DNA of 64,000 nucleotides from Candidatus Bipolaricaulota bacterium (GCA_035528115.1 DATKZF010000002.1:5751-69750); one strand, 5' to 3'. Counted from the first letter of the stretch, positions 1 to 8,939 are shown. Program-made: numbers and translations. Notes: generated by a model from the sequence alone, not told the origin.

Positions 1-159
1 ACAAACAAAAAAGAACGGTGATAATCCGTTCGTTAAATCAATGAACCCGTCGGAACTGTCGCACAACACCGAGTATGCGGTTACGTGAAGAAGAAATTAT
101 TGACTTTTCTTTTCAATTTTAATTGGGCTCTTTTCAATTTTTTCTCTCAGAAATGAAGA

Positions 160-191
160 GGGGCAGGATTGCGAAGTTGCAATCCTGCCCC
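160..191 (-). terminator. Intrinsic terminator of nested ORF 211-417
   Basis: 13-bp perfect stem GGGGCAGGATTGC/GCAATCCTGCCCC followed on - strand by TCTTCATTT. Confidence 0.7.
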
Positions 192-210
192 GATGTGGCA
201 CTGCGTCGTG

Positions 211-417
211 CTACGGCTTGAACTCGTCGCGCGTACCGATCTGACCCGGCTGCAGGTTGGAAGGCAGGGCGTCGGAATTCGTCGCCCATACGATCTTCCC
301 CGAACTCGAGGGGTACACCGGATCGCCACCGCTGCCGATGTGGACCGACTCACCCTGTCCCTTGCTGAAGCGGACGGGCTCACCCTGCCCACTCGTGAGA
401 TGCACACTTCTTGCCAT
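211..417 (-). CDS. Small hypothetical protein (68 aa) nested inside attC-like site 1
   Basis: SD AGGAGG 5 nt before ATG, own promoter and terminator; internal GQGE repeats. Confidence 0.65.
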   Translation of the reverse strand: MARSVHLTSGQGEPVRFSKGQGESVHIGSGGDPVYPSSSGKIVWATNSDALPSNLQPGQIGTRDEFKP

Positions 418-503
418 GATGGCCTCCTATCTCCGTTACGGAGTATTTACTGAAGGTACAAGGATTTACCCAAAACGAGCTGTCCTCACCCTCAGGCAAA
501 GAT

Positions 504-532
504 ACATTACACCACCCTATGTAATCTGTCAA
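504..532 (-). promoter_or_regulatory. sigma70-type promoter for ORF 211-417
   Basis: TTGACA-17 nt-TAATGT on - strand. Confidence 0.55.
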
Positions 533-796
533 TGGTAGGGTGACCCACGACGAAAGAATTGAAAAGAGCCCTAAATTAAGGAAAAAAAATCAATAATTTC
601 TTCTTCACTCCACCCAAATCCCGCTCTTGAAATTGGAGGTTTGAAGTGATAAAATAGGTTTGTTGTTAAGTGAAAGTTTGTACTGTAAATGTAGGGCGGG
701 ACTTCGCATACTCGGGAACGTTAGCCGAAATTGGGCTGTTTTAATTCCTACATTTAAGATATAATTCACTTACTAATTAACCTAACCCAAATCATT

Positions 797-1411
797 ATGG
801 AATCAAAAAGCAATGTGTGGGCAATCGCCCTCGCCATCATCATCACCGCAGTTGTTGTCGGCGGTGGAATATACTGGTGGCAACAAGACAAAGTCGTTCA
901 GGAAACACCCTCAACGGTGACAACTGATACAACAGACACAACAACTGCGGACAAAGAGGAGCCAAAAGAACCTCTAACTTATTCAACAAGTGGCGTCTCC
1001 GCCTCTGTTTCAAAAACGACAGCACCATTTGGTTACACCTCTGATCAATTGGTTTCAATGGCAGAAGAATGCGGTAATAGTCAAACGGCAAGTTATTTCA
1101 GTAATTTGGTTTCTCAATTCAGCGGTGCAACCAAAACCGTCTACAACTTCAAATATACTGGTGCTAGCCAAGAATCTGACACTTTCGTCGTAACACTTTT
1201 ACCAAACGAAGCAGGCTACTCATCGCTTAATGATTTCAAAAAGGACTTTGATCAGTGTTACGCCGGCGGAGACGCTTATCCTAAAATGCTAAATAGTAAT
1301 TGGCTCCTCTTTGTCAACTCCTGCGGAACAGGTTTTGATGATGGCTCGGGCAAACCGATTGGATGCCAAGAAGTTCGTGATGTTGTAGAACCAACGCTTA
1401 AACTGAATTAA
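797..1411 (+). CDS. Membrane-anchored hypothetical protein (cassette)
   Basis: N-terminal TM helix, Thr-rich linker, extracellular domain with 4 Cys. Confidence 0.85.
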   Translation: MESKSNVWAIALAIIITAVVVGGGIYWWQQDKVVQETPSTVTTDTTDTTTADKEEPKEPLTYSTSGVSASVSKTTAPFGYTSDQLVSMAEECGNSQTASYFSNLVSQFSGATKTVYNFKYTGASQESDTFVVTLLPNEAGYSSLNDFKKDFDQCYAGGDAYPKMLNSNWLLFVNSCGTGFDDGSGKPIGCQEVRDVVEPTLKLN

Positions 1412-1428
1412 AAAAACAGCCCAACATC

Positions 1429-1548
1429 GGCTAACACGCAGTATGCGGTTTCGCTCCCGTTGGTCGCTACACCCATATTTGGCAGTGGTAAGCTCCTCCG
1501 TCGCAAATTTTACCACTGCCAAACATCGCATACTGCGGAACGTTATGC
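1429..1548 (+). repeat. attC-like site 2
   Basis: GGCTAAC-a-CGCAGTATGCG ... CCCATAT[hairpin]ACAT-CGCATACTGCG-gaac-GTTATGC. Confidence 0.85.
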
Positions 1549-1790
1549 GTAATCTCTTATTTTCCTTTGTTGTACCACCAAAGTAACCTGAGCACTTAAC
1601 GGGCTTTCCTTCGTTTAGCGAGGAAAAAACAAACTGAACAATTGCTTTGCAACTGTATATAACAAATACTAAACGGTTCGTTTCACTCTCCCAAATTTTT
1701 GCCAATGAACGGGGGATTTCTTTGCTAAATGTAACATCTAAGTAGTTACAATAAAAAGATTTAAATACTCTAGAGTACCTACCATTAACT

Positions 1791-1859
1791 ATGAACTCAA
1801 AAACTACTATTAATGGAATTAAATCTTTAATCTTAGTAGTTATGGGTATGATGCTTTAA
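1791..1859 (+). CDS. Putative Met-rich leader peptide MNSKTTINGIKSLILVVMGMML
   Basis: 22-codon ORF ending ATG GGT ATG ATG CTT TAA, 110 nt upstream of the MetRS gene. Confidence 0.55.
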   Translation: MNSKTTINGIKSLILVVMGMML

Positions 1860-1969
1860 ACGCATCACATTGTCTTTTCTCTTCTTAAAAATTTTTGAAG
1901 TTGGTTTCTCCTGTGGTGTTCATTTCTGATTAAAACCACCTATAAAAAAATAACTAGGAGGCATTAAAA

Positions 1970-3589
1970 ATGAAAACCGAAACAAGAATAATAACTGCAG
2001 CACTTCCCTTTGTAAATAATATCCCTCATCTGGGTAATATTATTGGTAGCCATCTTCCGGCAGACATATTTGCAAGATTTTGCAGATTGAAGAATTATAG
2101 AACCATTTTTGTTGGAGGTACTGATGAGCATGGCACAGCAATAGAGTTTGCTGCACAAATCCAAAAGAAAACACCAGAACAATTATGTACTGAACTATAC
2201 CAAGAACATAAAGAAATTTATGATTGGTTTAAGATTAGTTACGACAATTTCTCCAGAACTTCAAGAACAATCCATCATGAATTAGTCAAAGACTTTTTCC
2301 TTAAATTATACAAAAACGGATTTATAACAGAAAAAACCATCAAAATTCCATTTTGCCTAAAATGTAAAAAAGGATTAGCAGATAGATATATTACGGGAAT
2401 TTGCCCTCACTGTAGTTATGAGCAGGCAAATGGAGATCAATGTGAAAAATGTGCTACTTTAATTGATCCAATAGAATTAATTAATGCTCATTGTTCTGTC
2501 TGCAAATCAAAAGAAGTAGAATTTAGAGATACTAAACATTTATTTCTGGATTTAAGAAGTATTTCTGGAGATATTGAAAAATGGATTGATAATAATAAAA
2601 ACCTCCGACAACAAGTTAGGAATCTTGCAAAGGGATGGTTAAAACAGGGAATCCAAGAAAGATGTATTACTAGAGATTTAAAATGGGGTGTTCAAGTTCC
2701 TTTAGAAGAATATAAAGACAAAGTATTCTACGTTTGGTTTGATAATGTGATTGGATACATTTCTGCAACTTATGAACTTTTAGGTGAGGAAGCACTTGAA
2801 CTTTGGAAAGATAAAAATGTAAAGACATACTATTTTCTTGGAAAAGACAATATCCCTTTCCATACTATCTTTTGGCCTGGACAAATAATCGGACAAAAAG
2901 AATTTGTCTTGCCTTATAATGTAGTTGGCTACCAATATCTTAATTTTGAGGGACAAAAATTTTCAAAAAGTAAGAAAATAGGGATATTTTCAGATCAAGT
3001 AAAAAATAGTAATGTTCCTCTTGATTATTGGAGATTTTATTTAACAAACATTCTTCCAGAAACCAAAGACACTGATTTTTCAGTTGAAGATTTTCAAGAA
3101 AGAATCAATAAAGAACTTATTGGCAACTTTGGAAATTTTGTAAACAGAACCTTAAATTTCATCTGGAATAAGTTTGATGGTAAAGTACCCAAAATCTCTA
3201 ATATTGACGAAGAACTAGAAAAAGAAATCAATCAAAGAATAAAAAAGATTGAGGAATGTTACGAAAAATGTGATCTTCGGGAAGTGCTGCAGGAAATTCT
3301 AAAATTATCAGATTTGGGAAACCAGTATTTCAACAAAAAAGAACCTTGGAAAACAGGTGATAAAGATTGCTTAGCATACTGCTATGAACTTTGCAGAATA
3401 CTATCAGTATTGTTTTCTCCAATAATTCCAGACTCAACTGAGAAATTAAGAATTTTGTTGAATACTGAATATAAAGAGTTGAAAATAAACGGAAGGGAAA
3501 AGACAATTAACAAACCTGAAATCTTATTCAAGAAATTAGAGAATGAAGATTTGGACGAGTTTAAACTTAAAGCAAAGAAATCCCCTTGA
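1970..3589 (+). CDS. metG: Methionine--tRNA ligase (cassette-borne, MetRS2/archaeal-like, two Zn knuckles)
   Basis: ITAALPF-N--PHLGN (HIGH), GTDEHG, four CxxC pairs, YVWFD, KFSKS (KMSKS); SD AGGAGG. Confidence 0.95.
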   Translation: MKTETRIITAALPFVNNIPHLGNIIGSHLPADIFARFCRLKNYRTIFVGGTDEHGTAIEFAAQIQKKTPEQLCTELYQEHKEIYDWFKISYDNFSRTSRTIHHELVKDFFLKLYKNGFITEKTIKIPFCLKCKKGLADRYITGICPHCSYEQANGDQCEKCATLIDPIELINAHCSVCKSKEVEFRDTKHLFLDLRSISGDIEKWIDNNKNLRQQVRNLAKGWLKQGIQERCITRDLKWGVQVPLEEYKDKVFYVWFDNVIGYISATYELLGEEALELWKDKNVKTYYFLGKDNIPFHTIFWPGQIIGQKEFVLPYNVVGYQYLNFEGQKFSKSKKIGIFSDQVKNSNVPLDYWRFYLTNILPETKDTDFSVEDFQERINKELIGNFGNFVNRTLNFIWNKFDGKVPKISNIDEELEKEINQRIKKIEECYEKCDLREVLQEILKLSDLGNQYFNKKEPWKTGDKDCLAYCYELCRILSVLFSPIIPDSTEKLRILLNTEYKELKINGREKTINKPEILFKKLENEDLDEFKLKAKKSP

Positions 3590-3729
3590 GATAGTCTCGC
3601 TTTGCTCGTGAAATAATAGGTTCATTGGCAAAAACTACGGAAAGCCCTGTGCTCAGGAAAATAAGAGACTTCTCCGTTCCCTTCGGTCACTACGACCACG
3701 CTGCGCTCTCCTCCTTTGGTCGTCGGGAC

Positions 3730-3819
3730 GCATAACAGCGATTATCCGAGAAATCCCTCGGCTCGGGATTTCTCCAAATTTTGGCTACGCCAAAACTTCG
3801 GATAATCGCGATGTTAGGT
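3730..3819 (+). repeat. attC-like site 3
   Basis: GCATAAC-a-GCGATTATCCG ... CCAAAT[hairpin]ACTT-CGGATAATCGC-gat-GTTAGGT. Confidence 0.85.
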
Positions 3820-3943
3820 GAAATGCCCTTATTGGCTACTATTAATATGATTTTCCAATGGTTGATTTAAGCACTTTTATTAGTAAATGGATTATTATGA
3901 TAAACTAAATTCACTTAATTTATAAATTTTTAAGTTACCAATT

Positions 3944-5149
3944 ATGTCTAATACCGACCACAGAATCAAAGCTTATAATCCATCGGGTTTTTTTTGGATG
4001 AGTTTACTTTTTAGCCCTATGTGCGTTTTGATTATGAAATATCAAAACAGCAAAACTTTACCTAATGGCAAACTAATTAGGAAGCAAACAAATAAGTATT
4101 TATGGATTTTTATTTTTATACTTCTTGTGATTTTTGCATCCATTTTTTGGGAATCTTACACTTTAGCAAAGTGGGCGTATGATCAAAATAATGCACTTCT
4201 TTTAATCGAAATTAATACTTGGGGTTTTGATTTACATTCTGTTAAAACAGCGCTAAATGAATCTGCAAAACAATCACCTATTTTAAATGCTGCTATAAAC
4301 ATGAGCGATTACAGATCAATTTTCAATTTTATTGCCTGGATAATTTTTGCTTATTTTCTTGGCACCTCAGCTAAAACAACAGAATTGCCTGAATTCAATA
4401 AACTTAAGGAAAGCAAGAAATTGTACTCAAAAGCTCCGCTCCTTCCTATTATTCTTGGTATTGTAATTTTAGTAGGCGTTAATTATGCAATGGTTTATAG
4501 TTCCGCCTACAGTGCAAGCTATACCGCCAAGTATTTTTCACCAAAAACCAATGATTTGTTTGCGGAAGAAGAAGTTCCTCCAACAGAAGAAGGTAATTTA
4601 AATGAAATCACACCTCCATCAATTACCGATGATTCAGATAATGATTTAGTTATAAAAGAAGACGTTACTCCAACAGAAGAAAGTAATGTTTCAGTTAATA
4701 ATATTCAATTAAGCAATAAAACATTTACACTAAAATATCCAAAAGATTATCAATTCGAGAAAATTGATGACAGAAACTATTTAATAAAAAAAGGAGGGAA
4801 TGAACTCTGGAAAATAAACTTCAGAACCCTTGCTGATGTTGAAGAGTTAGACAAAAAATGCCCGCCAGATGACTGCATGCGTAACGAAGTTCCTCTGATA
4901 CAAACTGATCGGTTTGAATATGAAATGAAATTATGGAAGGTTAAGGCAGATGCACAAAAGGATATTAATAAGGTAGATTTTGAATTTGATAGCTATCCAG
5001 TAGGCCACGATGTTGGTTATTTTCATTCATTTTCAAAATATTTCGATGATGTCAGAGTTGCATTTACAGGATATGACCCCAGTGATACTGGCTCAGCTTC
5101 ATTCGATTTTATGGCCGAATTTGGCTTGTTGATAGAATTCACTTACTGA
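3944..5149 (+). CDS. Membrane protein with C-terminal extracellular domain (cassette gene 1 of 2)
   Basis: Several hydrophobic helices, acidic linker; no family recognised. Confidence 0.85.
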   Translation: MSNTDHRIKAYNPSGFFWMSLLFSPMCVLIMKYQNSKTLPNGKLIRKQTNKYLWIFIFILLVIFASIFWESYTLAKWAYDQNNALLLIEINTWGFDLHSVKTALNESAKQSPILNAAINMSDYRSIFNFIAWIIFAYFLGTSAKTTELPEFNKLKESKKLYSKAPLLPIILGIVILVGVNYAMVYSSAYSASYTAKYFSPKTNDLFAEEEVPPTEEGNLNEITPPSITDDSDNDLVIKEDVTPTEESNVSVNNIQLSNKTFTLKYPKDYQFEKIDDRNYLIKKGGNELWKINFRTLADVEELDKKCPPDDCMRNEVPLIQTDRFEYEMKLWKVKADAQKDINKVDFEFDSYPVGHDVGYFHSFSKYFDDVRVAFTGYDPSDTGSASFDFMAEFGLLIEFTY

Positions 5150-5179
5150 AAGCTACAAAATTAACAACTTATAAGTAAA

Positions 5180-5899
5180 ATGAAATTAGAACATTACCTA
5201 CAGGAAAACTTTAAAGAACCAAATTTATCTGCGCTGCCCAGATATTTAAAGCTGTCTATTTTTTGGCCTAATTTTTTTAGAAAATTGATCAATAGCTCTG
5301 AATTTAAAGGCTACACTGGTAAATTGATAGGCATAGCTATTCTTTTGGTTGAATTTGGAGTTATTTATTATGTTGTGAATTTATTTTCCATTCTTTTTGT
5401 CTATGGATACTATTCTTTGATTTATTTTCTTGATGGAGAGTTGTTGAACTCTTATAAAAGCATTGAGCATTTAAAACATTATCAAAATTACGTATTTTAC
5501 TGGCTCAATTATTTATTTAGCTTACCGAGTAATATTATTTTACAAAGCCTGCTTTATACTGCGATTGTTTATGCAGAGACTGCCGTTGGTTCGTTCCTAG
5601 TTGCAATTTGGCTTAGGAATAATAAGGACATAAAATTTAAGAAAAAAATAGTTGCTAACTATCCGAATGTTGATTCTTTTAAAGCTTTTTATTCTAAAAA
5701 CGACTTTAAAGAGGCGGCTAAAATCCTCAAGGAATACAAAAGTGCGACGTATTCTCAATTAATCAAAAAGTATCCCAAAAAGATTATCGATTTATTAGTG
5801 CTCGGTGATCACATTTCTTTTGTTGGCGGTAAAAAATTAACCAGAATGGCGTGCATTAAATGTATTGAAGAGGACAAAGATGAGTGTAATTGTAAGTAA
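5180..5899 (+). CDS. Hypothetical membrane protein (cassette gene 2 of 2)
   Basis: Two hydrophobic segments, 239 aa. Confidence 0.8.
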   Translation: MKLEHYLQENFKEPNLSALPRYLKLSIFWPNFFRKLINSSEFKGYTGKLIGIAILLVEFGVIYYVVNLFSILFVYGYYSLIYFLDGELLNSYKSIEHLKHYQNYVFYWLNYLFSLPSNIILQSLLYTAIVYAETAVGSFLVAIWLRNNKDIKFKKKIVANYPNVDSFKAFYSKNDFKEAAKILKEYKSATYSQLIKKYPKKIIDLLVLGDHISFVGGKKLTRMACIKCIEEDKDECNCK

Positions 5900-5947
5900 A
5901 TACTAAAAGTGCTTAAATCTTTGCTTGAGAAACAATAAGGGCACAAC

Positions 5948-6095
5948 ACCTAACAAAGTTTGTGGGGTTCATAAATTTCGCTAATTTGATGCTTAAATAG
6001 CGGTACCAAAATTTATTCTCCCAAATGCTTCGGCGGTGAGTCGCTCCGCTCCAAATTATACCGCCTCGCACTTCCCACAAACAGAAACGTTATAC
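5948..6095 (+). repeat. attC-like site 4
   Basis: ACCTAAC-aaa-GTTTGTGGG ... CCAAAT[hairpin]ACTT-CCCACAAAC-agaaac-GTTATAC. Confidence 0.8.
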
Positions 6096-6147
6096 GACAT
6101 ATGACTTCGGGGGCACATTTATATATTACAAAGTTTATTTTTAAAAT

Positions 6148-6909
6148 ATGAAACCCATTTACATTAAAAAAGAGGTCGCACTCAAAAAAGTTTCAGCAAA
6201 ATACAAGCCAATTGTTAAAGATGTTAAATCTGAATTGCTGAAATTTTCTGATAAGATTCACAGCATTTATTTGTATGGAAGTGTTGCCACAGGAAAAGCA
6301 AAATCTCCAACCTCTGATTTAGATTTAGTTGTGGTTCTAAAAGCAAAACCAACATCAAAACTTAAAACTCAATTAAAAGAATTAGAAAATTCACTATCAC
6401 AAAAATATCAAAAAATATTCAGAGAAGTTGGTTTTGCAATCACTTACAAAAATGAAGTTTTAAGAGGCAAAGAAGCATTCGGTTGGAGATTTTTTCTCAC
6501 AATTTTAAGCGTGAAAATTTTTGGAGATAATCTTTTTCAAAAAGAAATGAAGTTTAGCCCGACAAATAAATTAGCAAGAAATCTGCATTCAGATGTTGAT
6601 GAAAATATTGAAGAAGCAAAGAAAAAAATCAAATCTTCAAACGATCAAGAGGCTAAACTTCAAATAAAATCAATAATGAAAAAGATTATCAGGACAGCCT
6701 TCTCTATTGTCATGCAGGATGAGAATTATTGGACTACTGATCTTGATGAAATGACAAAAATTTTCACTAAACATTATCCTGAAAAGAAACAACAAATAAA
6801 TGCTGTTTTGAAATTAGCAAAAAGCAAATCGCCAGATAAAAAGAGTGCGACCTCAATTCTTAATAATTTTGGTAAATGGGTTTCATCGGAATATTTTAAA
6901 AGAGTGTAA
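6148..6909 (+). CDS. Nucleotidyltransferase (Pol-beta superfamily) domain protein
   Basis: IYLYGSVATG...SDLDL motif plus helical C-terminal domain. Confidence 0.85.
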   Translation: MKPIYIKKEVALKKVSAKYKPIVKDVKSELLKFSDKIHSIYLYGSVATGKAKSPTSDLDLVVVLKAKPTSKLKTQLKELENSLSQKYQKIFREVGFAITYKNEVLRGKEAFGWRFFLTILSVKIFGDNLFQKEMKFSPTNKLARNLHSDVDENIEEAKKKIKSSNDQEAKLQIKSIMKKIIRTAFSIVMQDENYWTTDLDEMTKIFTKHYPEKKQQINAVLKLAKSKSPDKKSATSILNNFGKWVSSEYFKRV

Positions 6910-6990
6910 TGTGCCCCCTGCGTCATACGCTGCGCTCCACTTCGTTACGCTTGGGGACGCTGCGCTTTCGTCGCTACGCTCCTCACCCTC

Positions 6991-7086
6991 GTATAACAAG
7001 GATTATGAGGAAAATGGCTCGGCTCGCCATTTTCCCAAATTTGCTCCACTTCGTTCCGCAAACTTCTCATAATCCTGACGTTATAC
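6991..7086 (+). repeat. attC-like site 5
   Basis: GTATAAC-a-AGGATTATGAG ... CCAAAT[hairpin]ACTT-CTCATAATCCT-gac-GTTATAC. Confidence 0.85.
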
Positions 7087-7240
7087 GCAATTCAAAAAAT
7101 ATTTTTCTTAAGGTAAAATGATGATAGGCTTTCTAAAAGGAATAAATTTGATTTTTTCTTTATTATAGAGGGGGATAATATTGTGTTTTCTCCGCTACAA
7201 AAACGATTTATTTATAAATTTTAGATTCTAAACATAAAGT

Positions 7241-8046
7241 ATGGAAACAATAATTAGAAAAGATTCGGAAATTAAAGGGAAACACTCGCTGTTTTTTGTG
7301 GAGTTCATGGAAATGAGAAAGCTGGAGTATATGCGGTAAATAAAATTCTAAATAATATTGAAATCAAAACAGGAATTGTTTATTTTGTTTTTGCTAATCC
7401 TAAGGCTATTGAAGAAAACAAAAGATTTATTGATAAGAATTTAAACAGATGTTTTTTTGATAATCAAAATGGTGAGTCTTATGAAGAAAAAAGAGCAAAA
7501 GATTTAATTAAAATTTTAGAATTATCCGATGCCCTTCTTGATGTTCATGCAAACAATAGTCCAGAGACCATACCATTTGTAATTACCGACAATGGTTTTG
7601 ATGTAGTCAAAAATATGAATTTTGAAATTATTGCTACTGGTTTTGATAATCTTGAACCTGGGGCAACTGATGGATTCATGAAAAACAAAGGGAAAATAGG
7701 AGTTTGTATAGAGTGTGGATATTCTGGCAAAAGCGAAGAAAATATAGATATAGCATACAATTCGATTATTCAATTTTTACAACATTTTAATGCTATAGAC
7801 CACATAATCCCAAGCTATAATATCAAACAAAAAGTATTACATGTTGATAAAGTTCAAAAAGTAACATCAAAAGAGTTTAGTCTAATAAAGACATTTAAGG
7901 ATTTTGAAATAATTAAAAAAGGTTTTGTTATTGCTAAAGACGAAATGAATGAATATTCTGCTGACAAGGATAGAGTAATTTTATTTGGAACGCCTGGAAA
8001 GCCGATTGGAGCAGAAGCATATATTTTAGGTACTTGGATAGAATAA
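7241..8046 (+). pseudogene. Succinylglutamate desuccinylase/aspartoacylase-family gene with 1-nt frameshift near 7280
   Basis: Frame of ORF 7615-8046 extends upstream with GVHGNE, NLNRCF, LLDVH motifs; ATG at 7241 is in another frame. Confidence 0.8.
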
Positions 8047-8209
8047 GGAGTTTTGAAAATGAAATTCACCCCCAACCCCTCTTTCATTTTTCAAAACGGA
8101 AAAAATCAAATTTATAAGAAATGAAGAAAGCATATCATAATGAATAAGAACGAAAAATATTTTTTGAACTCAAGCCACGCTGCGCTCTCCTCCTTTCAGT
8201 CGTCGGGGC

Positions 8210-8310
8210 GTATAACAAGGGATATACGGTTCAGCCCTCGGCTCGAGCATCACCCAAATTTTTCTTTCGCTTACGCTACAGAAAAACTTCGTATATCCCA
8301 AACGTTAGGC
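8210..8310 (+). repeat. attC-like site 6
   Basis: GTATAAC-aa-GGGATATACG ... CCAAAT[hairpin]ACTT-CGTATATCCC-aaac-GTTAGGC. Confidence 0.85.
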
Positions 8311-8338
8311 GAAATTGCTTTTTGCTTTTACAAAGAAG

Positions 8339-8368
8339 AAGGCCACCGACGATGTCGCCGATGGCCTT
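8339..8368 (-). terminator. Terminator of reverse-oriented cassette gene
   Basis: AAGGCCA...TGGCCTT hairpin followed by T-rich tract on - strand. Confidence 0.5.
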
Positions 8369-8396
8369 GTGGATCTGGGGTGCGGGCGGCTCCTCG

Positions 8397-8552
8397 CTAA
8401 CCCTTCTTTGACCAGGGAAAGTCCGAAGCGAACCAGATCAGGAGGATGATGGCCCAGAGTGGGCTCGCTGACTGTGTGATGTACATCCCATAGCCGATGA
8501 GTCCTGCGCCACTGACCAGAGCCACGGCGCCACCTACGTCCTTCGCGTTCAT
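8397..8552 (-). CDS. 51-aa two-helix membrane protein (not in ORF track): MNAKDVGGAVALVSGAGLIGYGMYITQSASPLWAIILLIWFASDFPWSKKG
   Basis: Manual translation; SD GAGGT, upstream promoter, downstream terminator. Confidence 0.65.
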   Translation of the reverse strand: MNAKDVGGAVALVSGAGLIGYGMYITQSASPLWAIILLIWFASDFPWSKKG

Positions 8553-8650
8553 GAGGTACCTCGCTAGTTGCGAAAAAACAGATCCCCAACCATGAGGAGC
8601 CGCCCTTTCTGGTTGACAGAAAAACTACTCCAAACCACGTTTGGACAATG

Positions 8651-8679
8651 ACTTTAACATATTACTACATCTAAGTCAA
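8651..8679 (-). promoter_or_regulatory. sigma70-type promoter for ORF 8397-8552
   Basis: TTGACT-17 nt-TAAAGT on - strand. Confidence 0.6.
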
Positions 8680-8757
8680 CCCCTCACCGAGCAAAAAGCA
8701 ATTTGTTCGCTCCGCTCACATTTGCTCCCGCTGGTCGCAAATTAAAAAAGCAACTAC

Positions 8758-8886
8758 GCCTAACACTGCATAGCCGGCTCGTTCTTTTCCGAAAGAGCTC
8801 ACCCAAATTGCCTCCTCAACAAATATGGTGTAAAATTCTACCACACTTATCTCGTCGGCAACTTCGGCTATGCAGGAACGTTAGCT
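8758..8886 (+). repeat. attC-like site 7
   Basis: GCCTAAC-a-CTGCATAGCCG ... CCAAAT[hairpin]ACTT-CGGCTATGCAG-gaac-GTTAGCT. Confidence 0.85.
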
Positions 8887-8939
8887 GAAATAGCCTCAAA
8901 TCCTTTCTTGTTTGTAGAAACTCACTAAATAGTAAATAT

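Larger units (their letters stand above)
61..726 (+). repeat. attC-like site 1, giant (666 bp), with a gene inside one hairpin arm
   Basis: GCACAAC-a-CCGAGTATGCG ... CCAAAT ... ACTT-CGCATACTCGG-gaac-GTTAGCC; inner imperfect IR arms 85-144 / 552-608. Confidence 0.75.

Noticed and set aside
147-538. Alternative ORFs 147-407, 169-453, 257-538
   Set aside because: Only 211-417 (-) has a matching SD, promoter and terminator.
1740-1969. T-box or SAM riboswitch upstream of metG
   Set aside because: No GGTGGNACC T-box sequence or SAM-I core seen; a leader-peptide model fits better.
6845-7121. Short ORFs over attC-like sites (6845-7072, 6909-7121; likewise 1289-1705, 8140-8400, 8703-8888, 12973-13533)
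   Set aside because: They translate palindromic site DNA (LRS/RFA-rich) and lack expression signals.
7274-7285. Programmed -1 frameshift at GGGAAAC
   Set aside because: The heptamer is not in the required X XXY YYZ phase relative to ATG 7241, and no clear stimulatory structure follows.
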